From an uncultured Brevundimonas sp. (GTDB taxonomy: Bacteria > Pseudomonadota > Alphaproteobacteria > Caulobacterales > Caulobacteraceae): a stretch of 64,000 nucleotides of DNA. The notes below the pieces were generated by a model, which had not been told where the DNA came from, searched no databases, and saw nothing but the letters and a program-made list of their open reading frames with translations. A program made the translations under genes and the position numbers. The stretch is taken from the NCBI RefSeq assembly GCF_963975535.1, contig NZ_CAXBHE010000005.1, forward strand, positions 25,172-89,171. Reading direction: 5' to 3'. This document shows positions 41,438 to 51,977 of this stretch, piece by piece; position 1 is the first letter of the stretch, and each line of letters opens with the position of its first letter.

Positions 41438-41520
41438 CCGGATCCGGCCCGTTGCGGATTGGCGACAGTCCCGGATCGGCGTAGGAGGCGGGCCAGTCCC
41501 CTGTACCGGAGTTCCCGACC

Positions 41521-42270
41521 ATGCTCATCCATCTGTCGTCCTGGCCCGAAATCGATGCCCGTCTGAAGACGACCAAGACGATTGTGGTGCCGATCGGCTC
41601 CAATGAGCAGCACGGCCCGACCGGTCTGCTCGGCACCGACTGGCTGTGCCCCGAGATCATCGCCAACGCCGCCGAGAAGACCGATGACAACCTGATCGTG
41701 GCCCCGACCTTCAACATCGGCATGGCCCAGCATCACCTCGCCTTCGCCGGCACCATCTCCCTGCGTCCCTCGACCTTCATGGCCGCCATCACCGACTGGG
41801 TCTCCTCGCTCAGCCGCCACGGCTTCGAGCGGATCTATTTCCTCAACGGCCACGGCGGCAATGTCGCCACCATCGAGGCGACCTTTGCCGAGATCTATGC
41901 CGAATGGAGCTTCGTCGAGGAGCAGCCGCCGTTCGTGCTCAAGCTGAAGAACTGGTGGGACCTGCCGGGCGTCCACGCCCTGTGCAGTTCCATCTTCCCG
42001 ACCGGCCACGGCATGCACGCCACCCCGTCCGAGATCGCCGTGACCCAGGCGGCCTATCCGGACCGGATCAAGACCGCCGACTATGCACCGAAGATCGCGC
42101 CGGTCGGCCCGATCCGCGACGCGCTGGATTACCGGGCCCGCTTCCCGGATGGCCGCATCGGTTCGGATCCGGCCCAGGCCAGCCCGGAAAAGGGTCAGCG
42201 CATCATCGATGCCTCCGTCACCGCCCTGCTCAAGGACGTGGCCGACTTCTCGGCCGAAGTTCTGCCCTAG
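41521..42270 (+). CDS. creatininase / MftE family amidohydrolase
   Basis: PIGSNEQHG, GTD, NGHGGN, HATPSE. Confidence 0.9.
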   Translation: MLIHLSSWPEIDARLKTTKTIVVPIGSNEQHGPTGLLGTDWLCPEIIANAAEKTDDNLIVAPTFNIGMAQHHLAFAGTISLRPSTFMAAITDWVSSLSRHGFERIYFLNGHGGNVATIEATFAEIYAEWSFVEEQPPFVLKLKNWWDLPGVHALCSSIFPTGHGMHATPSEIAVTQAAYPDRIKTADYAPKIAPVGPIRDALDYRARFPDGRIGSDPAQASPEKGQRIIDASVTALLKDVADFSAEVLP

Positions 42271-42319
42271 GGGTTTCCCGGGACTTGCCCCCGGACCGAA
42301 TGCGGCCCAAGGCTCGGCC

Positions 42320-42823
42320 ATGACCCATATCAAGAAGGCGGCCCGCAACGGCCGACGCCTGGCCCGCAACAACCAGTCCGCTGCCGATACAGCCGTCGCC
42401 GGCGGCGAGATGCTGCAGGCCTCCGGCGAGGTCATCTCGGCCCGCCTGGAGATCATGGCCGCCGGCCTGGCCAATCCGGGCAAGACCGACCTCGTGGAAA
42501 TGGCTCTGATGAGTTCGGAAAAGGTCGCTGCCATGTCGGCCTCGGCGTCCACCGTGACCCGCAATTTCGGCGACCTGTCCGACCGGATGGCCCGATCCGC
42601 CGCCAATGAGATGCACCTGGCCAGCCGCGCGGCCTCGGCCATGGCCAGCGCCGGCGACCCGGCGACCCTCGCCACCCTGCAGTACAACTATGCGGTCGGC
42701 TGGTGGGGGCGGGCGACCGGCCAGATGCTGACCCTCAATACCGAACTGCTGAAGGCCCAGGCCCAAGCGCTGGACCCGATCCACCGGACCGCCGTCGCCA
42801 ATGCCAAACGGCTGAAGCGCTAG
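42320..42823 (+). CDS. phasin-like (PHA granule-associated) protein
   Basis: Ala-rich helical protein with EM..M..EKV and PIHRTAVANAKRL patterns. Confidence 0.65.
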   Translation: MTHIKKAARNGRRLARNNQSAADTAVAGGEMLQASGEVISARLEIMAAGLANPGKTDLVEMALMSSEKVAAMSASASTVTRNFGDLSDRMARSAANEMHLASRAASAMASAGDPATLATLQYNYAVGWWGRATGQMLTLNTELLKAQAQALDPIHRTAVANAKRLKR

Positions 42824-42833
42824 ACCGGCCCCG

Positions 42834-43211
42834 TCACGCCGTCCGGATGACACCACCGTCGGCCACCACCGGCCACGGCGTCAATTTCGCCCCGGCGCAG
42901 GGGCCGCCGACGCAGGCCCCGGTCAGGGGCGTGAACACCGCCCCGTGCCAGCCGCACAGGATCAGCTCGCCGTCCGGCGTCAGATAGCGGTCCAGTTCAA
43001 TCGCCAGCGGATGACCCTGGTGCGGGCAGCGGTCGACATAGCCGGCCACCTGACCCTGCCTGCGCACGACGAAGCCGTGGAAATACGCCTCGCCGATCTG
43101 CAGCACGAATCCGCGCGAGCCGGGATCGACGATGTCCGTCTCGGCACACAGGGTCACGCCGGGCGGCGTCTTCCAGACGCGTTGGCGCTCGGTCGGTATC
43201 GCGTCATCCAT
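42834..43211 (-). CDS. Rieske 2Fe-2S ferredoxin
   Basis: CPHQGHPL and CGWHGAVF Rieske motifs. Confidence 0.92.
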   Translation of the reverse strand: MDDAIPTERQRVWKTPPGVTLCAETDIVDPGSRGFVLQIGEAYFHGFVVRRQGQVAGYVDRCPHQGHPLAIELDRYLTPDGELILCGWHGAVFTPLTGACVGGPCAGAKLTPWPVVADGGVIRTA

Positions 43212-44209
43212 CAGTGCCGCTCGACCTTCAGGGGGCGCGACAGCAGGTTTCCGATCATCGCATCGACCGTGGTCTCTCCGTTCAGCAGGGCGGCGACCGC
43301 TTCCGAGATCGGCATCTCCACCCCCAGCTTCGCCGCCAGCTGGCGCACGGCCGGCGCGCTCTCATAGCCCTCGGCCACCGACCGCTTGCCGGCCAGCGCC
43401 TGATCGACACTCTGGCCCTGACCAAGGGCCAGACCCAGGCTCATGTTGCGCGACTGCGGGCTGGAACAGGTCAGCACCAGATCACCGAGGCCACACAGAC
43501 CGGCCACCGTCTCCGGCCGCCCCCCCATGGCCACGCCCAGACGGGTCATCTCGGCAAAGCCGCGGGTGATCAGGGCCGCGTGGGCACTGCGCCCCAGACC
43601 CCGGCCCTCGCTGATGCCGCAGGCGATGGCCAGCACGTTCTTGATCGCCCCGCCGACCTCGGCCCCGATCAGGTCGGTGGCCAGATAGGGCCGGAAGGTC
43701 GGGGCCGACAGGGCCACCATCAGCGTCTGGCCCAGGGCCTCATCGGCGCAGGCCAGGGTGACGGCGCTGGGCAGGCCGCGCGCCACCTCACCGGCGAAAC
43801 TGGGACCGGACAGCACCGCCGCCGGCGCGTTCGGCAGGGTCTCGGCCAGGACCTCGGTCATCAATTTCAGCGAGCCGCGCTCGATGCCCTTGGCGCACAG
43901 CACCACCGGCACGCCGGCCCGATGGAAAGGGGCGAAGGCCGCCAGGGTGGCGCGCATATACTGCGCCGGCGGTACGGCCAGGATCACGTCGCAGGCCCCG
44001 AGGTCGGCCAGCTCACCGGTCACCTTCACCTGCTCGTCCAGCGTAACGCCGGGCAGGAAGGCCTCATTGATCTGGTGGTCCCGGATGCTGTCCACGACTT
44101 CGGACTCGCGCGCGTGCAACAGCGTGTCCAGCCCGGCCCAGCCGGTCACCTGGGCCAGGGCGGTGCCCCAGGCACCGGCCCCGATCACCCCTGCGGTACG
44201 AAATTCCAT
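43211..44209 (-). CDS. gpsA: NAD(P)H-dependent glycerol-3-phosphate dehydrogenase
   Basis: [45 protein letters not shown]. Confidence 0.96.
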   Translation of the reverse strand: MEFRTAGVIGAGAWGTALAQVTGWAGLDTLLHARESEVVDSIRDHQINEAFLPGVTLDEQVKVTGELADLGACDVILAVPPAQYMRATLAAFAPFHRAGVPVVLCAKGIERGSLKLMTEVLAETLPNAPAAVLSGPSFAGEVARGLPSAVTLACADEALGQTLMVALSAPTFRPYLATDLIGAEVGGAIKNVLAIACGISEGRGLGRSAHAALITRGFAEMTRLGVAMGGRPETVAGLCGLGDLVLTCSSPQSRNMSLGLALGQGQSVDQALAGKRSVAEGYESAPAVRQLAAKLGVEMPISEAVAALLNGETTVDAMIGNLLSRPLKVERH

Positions 44210-44220
44210 CGGTCGTTTCC

Positions 44221-45366
44221 CTAGGCCTTGGCCCCCTTGCGACCCGGCTTGTGCATCGGGTCGCTGAGCGCCTTGTTTTCATCCAGCGGCCATCGTGGGC
44301 GCGCCGCCGTATCGATATCCGAAACGAGACCCTGCTGCAGGCGTTCCGCCCCGGCCAGGGCGATCATCGCCGCATTGTCGGTGCAATAGGCCATCGGCGG
44401 GGCCAGAAAATCAAAGCCGTTCTTCGCCGCCGTCGCTTCCAGCACGGCCCGCACGGTCCGGTTGGCCGCCACGCCCCCGGCGACCACGAACATCGGCCGG
44501 GTCGCCGCGGTGCCGTGGCTGTCGATCCAGTCGTGCATGGCCCGGTGCGAGCGTTCGGCCAGCTGGCGGGCGATGGCGCTCTGCACCGCATCAGCCAGAT
44601 CGGCCCGGTCCTGATCGGTCTCGCAGGTCCGGGCCAGCCGCGAGGCCGCCGTCTTCAGTCCGGAAAACGAGAAGTCGCAGTCCTTGCGGCCCAGCAGGGC
44701 CCGCGGCAGATCATAGCGGCTGCCGTCGCCGGCCTCGGCCAGCCGCTCCAACGCCGGACCGCCCGGATAGCCGAGCCCCAGCGCCTTGGCGATCTTGTCG
44801 AAGGCCTCGCCGGCGGCGTCGTCGATGGTGGAGCCCAGCCGGCTCATGTCGCCGATGCCGCGCACCTCCAGCAGCTGACAGTGTCCCCCCGACGCCAGCA
44901 GCAGCAGGAAGGGATAGGCGAGGTTGCGCCCCAGCCGCGCCGACACCGCATGGCCTTCCAGATGATTGACCGCCACCAGCGGCACGCCGCGCGCCAGGGC
45001 CACCGCCTTGCCGAACCCCAGGCCGACCATCACGCCGCCGACCAGGCCGGGCCCGGCCGTGGCCGCGACGCCGTCGAGGCCCTCATAGCCCAGGCCCGCC
45101 TCGGCCATGGCCCGTGCCGTCACACCGGCGATCATCTCGACATGGCTGCGCGCGGCGATCTCGGGCACCACCCCGCCGAAGGCCGCATGGTCGTCGATCT
45201 GGCTGTGCACCATCGACGACAGGACGGTGGCCGTGCCGTCCGGATCCAGCCGCACCACGGCGGCGGCGGTCTCGTCACAGCTGGTTTCCAGTCCCAGCAC
45301 GGTGAGCGCCCGCACCGGTCCGGTTGCCCGACCTGTTCCGCTGCTGTAGTCCGCGACCCTGTTCAT
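44221..45366 (-). CDS. tsaD: tRNA N6-threonylcarbamoyltransferase
   Basis: [49 protein letters not shown]. Confidence 0.97.
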   Translation of the reverse strand: MNRVADYSSGTGRATGPVRALTVLGLETSCDETAAAVVRLDPDGTATVLSSMVHSQIDDHAAFGGVVPEIAARSHVEMIAGVTARAMAEAGLGYEGLDGVAATAGPGLVGGVMVGLGFGKAVALARGVPLVAVNHLEGHAVSARLGRNLAYPFLLLLASGGHCQLLEVRGIGDMSRLGSTIDDAAGEAFDKIAKALGLGYPGGPALERLAEAGDGSRYDLPRALLGRKDCDFSFSGLKTAASRLARTCETDQDRADLADAVQSAIARQLAERSHRAMHDWIDSHGTAATRPMFVVAGGVAANRTVRAVLEATAAKNGFDFLAPPMAYCTDNAAMIALAGAERLQQGLVSDIDTAARPRWPLDENKALSDPMHKPGRKGAKA

Positions 45367-45407
45367 CGGGTCCAGCTAACGACCCCCACTCCTGTGCGCA
45401 ACGCCTC

Positions 45408-46358
45408 ATGACCTTCCCGATCCGTATCGGCACCCGACGTTCCGCCCTGGCCCTGACCCAGTCGGGCATAATGCAGCGCGCCATCGCCGCCGCCATGGGC
45501 GTGCCCGACGACGAGGTCGCCACCGCAGTTCCTCTCGTCGAGATCGTCACTACCGGCGATCGAATCCAGGACCGCCGCCTGCTCGAGATCGGCGGCAAGG
45601 CCCTGTTCACCAAGGAGATCGAGGAGGCCCTGATCGACGGCCGCGTCGACGTCGCCGTCCATTCGATGAAGGATGTCCCGGCCGAACAGCCGCCCGGCCT
45701 GTGCATCGCTGCCGTGCCCCAGCGTGAGGATGCGCGCGACGCCTTCATCAGCACGGCCTTCGCCAGCTTCGCCGACCTGCCGCAGGGAGCCCGGCTGGGC
45801 ACCGCCAGCCTGCGCCGCCAGGCCCAGGCCCTGGCCCTGCGCCCGGACCTTCGGATCGAGATGCTGCGCGGCAATGTCGATACCCGGCTGCGGCGTCTGG
45901 CCGACGGCGATTTCGACGCCATCCTGCTGGCCACCGCCGGCCTCAACCGGCTCGGCCGGGCCGACGTGATCCGCGAGCGGCTGTCCCTCGACCAGTTCCT
46001 GCCGGCTCCGGGCCAGGGGGCCCTGGCCCTGCAGACCCGCGCCGGCGAAACCGGGGCCGCCTGGGTCGCGGCCCTCGACCACCCGCTGACCGCCCTGGCC
46101 GTGGCCGCCGAGCGCGGGGCCATGACGGCGCTGGAAGGCTCGTGCCGCTCGGCCATCGGAGCCCACGCCACCCGGGCCGACGGCCGGCTGCTGCTGAGCG
46201 CCGAACTGCTCAGCCCCGACGGCACGGCCCGCTGGCGGCGCTCGGGCGACCTGGGCGACATCACCGCCGCCGATGCTGTCTCGGCCGCCCACGCCATGGG
46301 CCTGGCCGTCGGCCGCCAGATCCACGACGCCGCCGGCGACCAGCGGATCGATCTCTGA
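45408..46358 (+). CDS. hemC: hydroxymethylbilane synthase
   Basis: IRIGTRRSALA, GGKALFTKEIE, AVHSMKD, GTASLRR, LRGNVDTRL, EGSCRSAIG. Confidence 0.96.
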   Translation: MTFPIRIGTRRSALALTQSGIMQRAIAAAMGVPDDEVATAVPLVEIVTTGDRIQDRRLLEIGGKALFTKEIEEALIDGRVDVAVHSMKDVPAEQPPGLCIAAVPQREDARDAFISTAFASFADLPQGARLGTASLRRQAQALALRPDLRIEMLRGNVDTRLRRLADGDFDAILLATAGLNRLGRADVIRERLSLDQFLPAPGQGALALQTRAGETGAAWVAALDHPLTALAVAAERGAMTALEGSCRSAIGAHATRADGRLLLSAELLSPDGTARWRRSGDLGDITAADAVSAAHAMGLAVGRQIHDAAGDQRIDL

Positions 46359-46360
46359 CC

Positions 46361-47062
46361 ATGGCCCGGACGGACGGGTCCGGCCCCCGCGTCTGGATCA
46401 CCCGGGCCCGGCCGGGGGCCGAGCGCACCGCCGCCGCCCTGAGCGCGCGCGGCTTCACCCCGGTCGTCGCGCCGGCCCTGGCCCTGGTCCCGCTCGATAC
46501 ACCGCTCGACCTGACCGGTGTGGCCGGCCTGGCCTTCACCAGCCGCAACGGCGTCGCCGCCTTCGCCGACCGGACGCCGCGTCGCGACTGGCCGGTCTTC
46601 ACCGTCGGCGACGCCACCGCCGAGGCGGCCCGGGCCCGCGGCTTCACCCGGGTGCACTCCGCCGACGGGGCGCTGGATGACCTCGTCGCCCTGATCGCCG
46701 CCGCCTGGCCCGCCGACGGGGGCCTGATCCTGGCCCCCGGGCCGCGCGACCCGGCCGGCGACCTGACCGCGGCCCTGACGGGTCGGGTCGAGGTCCGCGC
46801 CCTGCCCCTGTATGCGGCGCTGGAGACGGATCTCGCCCCGCCCGGAGCCTTCGACGCCGTTCTGGTGCATTCTCCCCGCGCCGCCCGGGTCCTGGCCGCC
46901 CGCCTGGCCGCTGCCGACGTCGGCAGCCGCCTGCTGGTGGCGATTTCACCCGCCGCCGCCGCGCCGCTGGAAGGTGCCGGCTTCGCCGAAATCCGCATCG
47001 CGCGCCGCCCGACCGAAGACTCCCTGCTCGCGGCGCTTGGCAACCCCGTCCGGCCCGTATAA
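46361..47062 (+). CDS. hemD: uroporphyrinogen-III synthase
   Basis: VWITRARPG, FTSRNGV, VGDATA, HSPRAA; follows hemC. Confidence 0.9.
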   Translation: MARTDGSGPRVWITRARPGAERTAAALSARGFTPVVAPALALVPLDTPLDLTGVAGLAFTSRNGVAAFADRTPRRDWPVFTVGDATAEAARARGFTRVHSADGALDDLVALIAAAWPADGGLILAPGPRDPAGDLTAALTGRVEVRALPLYAALETDLAPPGAFDAVLVHSPRAARVLAARLAAADVGSRLLVAISPAAAAPLEGAGFAEIRIARRPTEDSLLAALGNPVRPV

Positions 47063-47103
47063 ACAGCGCTCCTCGCGCCGGGCCCCGTCGTCCGCGCACA
47101 GAG

Positions 47104-47179
47104 GCCGCTTTAGCTCAGCTGGTAGAGCATCGCATTCGTAATGCGGGGGTCAGGTGTTCGAGTCACCTAAGCGGCACCA
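47104..47179 (+). tRNA. tRNA-Thr(CGT)
   Basis: Cloverleaf: acceptor GCCGCTT/AAGCGGC, D-stem GCTC/GAGC, anticodon stem TCGCA/TGCGG with loop TTCGTAA, T-arm AGGTG-TTCGAGT-CACCT, encoded CCA. Confidence 0.97.
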
Positions 47180-47435
47180 CCACTCCAATGGCACTCTAGG
47201 CAGGAAGTCGGCAGGCGAGCGGCGGAAGGGCCCCGGCCGCGAAGGGCTGTCTGGGTCCTGCGCGGCTGGCGCTCAGCTGGAAGGAACAGTCTGGACAGGC
47301 AAGACTCGTCTCTCGGCGCGGCCAGGGCAGGCGGGAGGCGAGGCTCTCCGGCCCCCTGCCGGAACGGGGATCGGCCACCCGACAACAACACCGGCGGCGG
47401 CCTCTCCCGGCCGAGCATCGTTGGCGCTGTCGATC

Positions 47436-50400
47436 CTAGAACTTCCTGGACAGGACCAGTCGCAGGGTTCCCAGCCTCTGTCCGGCGCTGAACTGCCCAC
47501 CCAGTTCGCTCGATGCGGTCCAGCCGCTCGCAGTGGCCATCCGCAGCCCGAGACCCAATTTGATCTCGCCCCTGTCCCACCCGGCAGACCTTATCTGGTA
47601 GGTCGGCCCAGCAAGCCAGTCGGCATACTGGAGGTTCTGGGTTCCGCCATCGGCGAGCTCGTGCCGGTACTCAAGGCGCAAGCTGGGTGTCCAGGCGCTG
47701 TCGCGTTTCAGGTGGGTCACGGCGAACCCGACACCAAGCACCCCCTGCAGGGACTCAACGTCGCGCTTGGCGTAGCTGAGGGCCCAGAGTGCCGAACCGG
47801 TCTCGGTATAGGCGTCCAGCTCGGCGTTCGTTGATTCAACCCGACCGTAGCTGCTGATCCGGCCGCCGGAGAACGCCTTGTCGATACCCACCCCGATGGA
47901 ACCGAACAGAGCCACGCCATCCCGTTGGCCCGAGACCAGACTGTCATCGATGCTGACCCTGCGCCGGAGGTCGATCCTGTGCGTGCCGTACCCCATCATG
48001 GCGTCGAAATGGACACCGTCCCGGGGCCGCCAGCTGCCGTAGACCACACCCACGAAATTGGAGGTATCGACGCTGGAGTCACGCCTGCCTACGTTGGCGC
48101 TTTCCCGGCCGAAGCCGCCGCCGACACCCAGGTCGAACCGCGGCGAGACCGGAAAATCGACACCCAGGCTCACACCGGACGAGCGGACCGAGAACCTGGC
48201 CTGATTGGTGGTGGCGTCCCGTTCACCGAGGGTAATCGCACCGCCAGTCCAGAACCGCGGTCCGCCTGACGGCAGCAACCCACCATCGGTTTGGCCGGCG
48301 GCACGACGACCGGCACCGGGACTGACATCCGTGTCGGAGCCAACGCCGAAGCCTGTACCATAAGCAGGGTCCGAGCCGCCGCCCGGGGATGCGCGCTTCC
48401 GGTCGGGCGAGTCGCCCGCGCTGGACAGCAGCAGGGCGTTCAGCTCGGCCCGGTCGAGATCGACCTGGCTTTGGCCGAACATCTGCCTGCCACCGAAGGG
48501 GGGCCGCTGATCGGGCTCCTGGCCCAACCGGGTCAGACCCGAGTTCAGAGTCAGGCCCAGGCTCACGGGCTGATCCCCGGTGCCGGAGTTGAGTTGCTCG
48601 AGACGACGGCTGAAGTTTTCCATCTGCGTGCCGGTCAGACGACGGGTCGCCTCGGCCTGGGCCGCATCCAGACCACGCACGTCCGGATCCTGCGAGGGAT
48701 CAGGGCGGGCAAGGATCGACAGGCGCAGCGCCGCAGACCCGCTGTTGCCGAAGGAGTCGGTGGCAGAGACCGTAAAGTTGGCATCACCCACCTGATCGGA
48801 CTTGCCGCTGATGCGACCCGCCGAAGACAGTGTGATGCCGGTCGGCAGCGCGCCCGAGATGACAGCATAGGTGTAGGTTCCCGAGCCCCCCGAGGCGCTG
48901 AGCAGGCGGTCATAGGGCACACCGGCCATCACGTCCGGCAAGGCGGTCGGGGAGATGGTGATGACTGCGGCATTGACCTCCAGCGTCAGGCTGACGTCGG
49001 AGAAGAACGGCCCCGAACCCGTCGAGGAATCGGTCACCCGCACCACGATGGGGAAGGTACCGATCACCGTCGGGGTCCCCGAGACCAGACCCGCCGAAGA
49101 CAGGGTGATCCCGGCCGGCAGCGGGCCGGTCTGCAGGACGAACGTGTAGGGACCCGTGCCGCCCGAGCCGACCAGGGTCTGGCTGTAGGCAAAGCCGCGC
49201 TGGGCCGCCACCAGGGTCGAGGTCGAGGTCACGGTCGCTTCCCCGATGACCAGCCTGTACCGGTGGCTGGCGGTCACATTGCCGGCCCCGGCATCGGTCG
49301 CGGTCACCCCGATTTCAAAGGGGCCACCCGCCGTCGGGGTGCCCGAGAGCACGCCCGCGGAAGACAGGGATATCCCGGTCGGAAGCGGGCCGCCCGTGAC
49401 CGCAAAAGTGCATGGACCGACACAGCCGATAGCCGTCAGGGTCGCGCTGTAGGCCGTGCCCACCCTGCCTGACGGCAGTTGGAACGGCGCGATGCCCGAA
49501 ACACCCAGATAGGTGAAGTCGTCGCCTGCGCCGGCGGTGTCACTGGTTCCAGCGGGGGTGGTGACCGACACGTCCACCGCGCCCGCAGCATGCGCCGGAA
49601 CGATGGCCGTCATCGATGTGGCGCTGTCAACGTTGAAGCTGGTCGCCGCGGTCCCGCCGAAGCTGACGCCGGTCGCACCCGAGAAGTTCGCGCCTGTCAG
49701 GGTCACCGTCGACCCGCCCTCGGCCGAACCGCTTGCAGGAGAAAGGGACGCCACCGCGGGCGGGGGCACCGAACTCTCGTCCTCGACGTCGGTCACGCTG
49801 ACATAAACGGCCTGAACCGCCGAGCGACCCTGGCTGTCAAAGGCCGTGACAACGACCTCATAGCGATTGTCTCGGTCGCTGTCGGCGAGGTTTTCAAAGT
49901 CGCGACCGACCCGGAACGTCAGCGCCCCGGTCTGCTGCCCCAGGGCGAACAGCGCCTGATCCGCGCCGCCCGTGATGGCAAAGGTCACCGTCGGCGTTGC
50001 CAGACCCGGATCGTCCGCGACCAGGGTCATGATCGTCGTCTCATTTTCCGGCACGCTGACGAAGACATCGGAACGGCCGCCGCCGGAGGTGATCTGGAAA
50101 CCGCACGCCAGAGCGCGGATCTCGGCGACCTTGGCGTTGAACCGTGCGGTGATTCCGGGCGTGCCGGCCTCTTCCTCGGCTGTAATCGGATTGTCGAACG
50201 GCGGGCAGAAGGCCTGTGCCAGCAGCAGTTTCAGCTCGCCGGAGTCGCAGGCGGGCAGATCGGAGGGGGCGTTCTGGGCGGCCTGCTGGGCCTCAAACGC
50301 GGCCTGGCCGTCGACCGTGGATTGGGCCACGGCGGTCTCAACGGCCAGCTTGGCGTCATTGTAGGCCACCAGCGCCTCCGGCGACGGGAAGCGGGTTTCC

Positions 50401-51092
50401 GCAAACAGGCTGGGCGCGCCGCTGGCGACCGCATCGTTATGGACGCTCAATGCGGCGTCGCGGTAGGATTTGAGCTTCTCCAGCAGCGAGGCCTTCAGGA
50501 CCTCTTTCAGGATCTGGTCCAGCCCGAACGGGACGCCCCCGGTGAGCGAGAAGCCGATGCTGCCGGACAGATTGTCCACGTATTCCGCGGCAAAGCTGCG
50601 AATGGCCGCGTCGGGATGGTTCACCAGATCGGACCAGGTGACGCCCCTGTCCGGGGCCAGCAGGACAAGACCGCCCTGGTAGGCCCGTTCCGTGACATCC
50701 CTCACCGCCTCGAGGACCGCGACATAGGCGTACCATTTGAGGACATCCTCGGTCGTATAGGTCTTGGTGACGGTGACCGAGGCGTCGAGATTTGCCTTGG
50801 CCACGACCAGGGCCGCCCGGGCGGCGGTGACGTCCGCGGAACTGGCGACGGCCTTCAGCCGCGCCGTCTCATAGGCGACGTCGAGGGGGTGGGGACCGTA
50901 GGGTCGACCGTTCTCGAGGTTGTCGTCCGCATAGCAGCGAAACGGACTGTCCAGGGACAGGTCGGATCGACCGCGCGGATCAATGCCGAGCTGTTCAATC
51001 CCGGCCAGGGCGTTGCCGGCCCCGACCGCACCGAACAGCGTCGCCAGACCGAGGAGGCGAAGGGCCCGCAAGCAGGAGTTCACGATAAGCAT
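47436..51092 (-). CDS. autotransporter adhesin: signal peptide, unknown helical domain, cadherin, IPT/TIG, 3x putative Ig (He_PIG), beta-barrel
   Basis: Cadherin PEN...DFE...DSDRDNRYEV; IPT SLSPASG..GGSTVTLTG.NF; three LP.GI.LSS.G..SG repeats; barrel ending in LSRKF; start placed at MLIVNS. Confidence 0.9.
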   Translation of the reverse strand: MLIVNSCLRALRLLGLATLFGAVGAGNALAGIEQLGIDPRGRSDLSLDSPFRCYADDNLENGRPYGPHPLDVAYETARLKAVASSADVTAARAALVVAKANLDASVTVTKTYTTEDVLKWYAYVAVLEAVRDVTERAYQGGLVLLAPDRGVTWSDLVNHPDAAIRSFAAEYVDNLSGSIGFSLTGGVPFGLDQILKEVLKASLLEKLKSYRDAALSVHNDAVASGAPSLFAETRFPSPEALVAYNDAKLAVETAVAQSTVDGQAAFEAQQAAQNAPSDLPACDSGELKLLLAQAFCPPFDNPITAEEEAGTPGITARFNAKVAEIRALACGFQITSGGGRSDVFVSVPENETTIMTLVADDPGLATPTVTFAITGGADQALFALGQQTGALTFRVGRDFENLADSDRDNRYEVVVTAFDSQGRSAVQAVYVSVTDVEDESSVPPPAVASLSPASGSAEGGSTVTLTGANFSGATGVSFGGTAATSFNVDSATSMTAIVPAHAAGAVDVSVTTPAGTSDTAGAGDDFTYLGVSGIAPFQLPSGRVGTAYSATLTAIGCVGPCTFAVTGGPLPTGISLSSAGVLSGTPTAGGPFEIGVTATDAGAGNVTASHRYRLVIGEATVTSTSTLVAAQRGFAYSQTLVGSGGTGPYTFVLQTGPLPAGITLSSAGLVSGTPTVIGTFPIVVRVTDSSTGSGPFFSDVSLTLEVNAAVITISPTALPDVMAGVPYDRLLSASGGSGTYTYAVISGALPTGITLSSAGRISGKSDQVGDANFTVSATDSFGNSGSAALRLSILARPDPSQDPDVRGLDAAQAEATRRLTGTQMENFSRRLEQLNSGTGDQPVSLGLTLNSGLTRLGQEPDQRPPFGGRQMFGQSQVDLDRAELNALLLSSAGDSPDRKRASPGGGSDPAYGTGFGVGSDTDVSPGAGRRAAGQTDGGLLPSGGPRFWTGGAITLGERDATTNQARFSVRSSGVSLGVDFPVSPRFDLGVGGGFGRESANVGRRDSSVDTSNFVGVVYGSWRPRDGVHFDAMMGYGTHRIDLRRRVSIDDSLVSGQRDGVALFGSIGVGIDKAFSGGRISSYGRVESTNAELDAYTETGSALWALSYAKRDVESLQGVLGVGFAVTHLKRDSAWTPSLRLEYRHELADGGTQNLQYADWLAGPTYQIRSAGWDRGEIKLGLGLRMATASGWTASSELGGQFSAGQRLGTLRLVLSRKF

Positions 51093-51517
51093 CGACGCGA
51101 CCGGGGAGTGGGAATACCGCCCTCCCGTCCCGACGACAGAAGAAATGCACTCTATTGATGTACAGGCGGGGACAGACCACCCCGGGCATTGCTTGACGAA
51201 AGTTCGCTTCAGATAGTTTCGGTATCTATGACCGGCCGACGGGCTTTTGACGAGCAAAATCAGCCATCAATCTGACAATTCGACTCCCACACCCACCCGG
51301 CAGCGTCAGTAATTCACGCCTGGTCGCCCGATCGACATCCGGATTCACAGACCGCGAAGGCCGGATTTACTGATCGGACGCCGCCCAGGCTTTATCGGCG
51401 TCCAGATCGCCGGGCCGAACGACCCTCAGCCCGCCGGTCAGAGGGCACAGCGGGGGGAGGGGTCCGTCCGCCTCCGCCGACGCGCCCGACCCGGGGCCCG
51501 GGTCGTTCCGCGGCAAC

Positions 51518-51720
51518 TCAGACGTTGATGCTCTGCGGAATTTTCGACGGCATCAGATAGGCATAGGTGTGGCCGTTGGAATCGGCACCCCGCCGCGCGA
51601 TGACGGATTCAATACCGTCGAGCGTTTCCTGGAACAGGTCCAGGGCAGAATATCCTGCCAATACATCACGGCACCGACCTTGCGCTGATCCCGCAGTTTG
51701 CGGTGTCCGGGGGTGTTGAG
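51518..51720 (-). pseudogene. C-terminal relic of a bacterial lipoxygenase
   Basis: Hand translation ALDLFQETLDGIESVIARRGADSNGHTYAYLMPSKIPQSINV* matches the LOX C-terminal pattern L..FQ..L..IE..I..R ... Y.YL.PS.IP.S.NI*; a frameshift lies just upstream and there is no intact 5' part. Confidence 0.8.
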
Positions 51721-51977
51721 GTCCCGCCGCCTATTCTGTCAGCCCGGAGGCCGAACCGCGGCCGTCATGCCCGCCTGCCCCCGCGCCCGCGCCCGATCAG
51801 CATAACCGCTGCAAAGTTGATGCAAATGTTGGGAAGCTGACATATGGTGTCGGGTAAATAAATGTTCGTGTCGGCTATCGTATTTATTCGTCGGATTCTA
51901 ATTCGACAAAAGTATCTCTGTTCCTGAATATCGAATTCTTGTAGTTCCAACGGTCTCTTCGATGGGGCCCATTCATC

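Noticed and set aside
47196-47378. 60-aa minus-strand ORF containing CPDC between the tRNA and the autotransporter
   Set aside because: No RBS, a single CxxC and low-complexity composition; cannot be supported as a gene
51817-51830. TTGAT half-site upstream of crp as an FNR box
   Set aside because: The second half (ATGTT) does not match ATCAA
51765-51950. 61-aa AT-rich minus-strand ORF
   Set aside because: Lies in the crp promoter region, has poor codon usage and shows no lipoxygenase similarity
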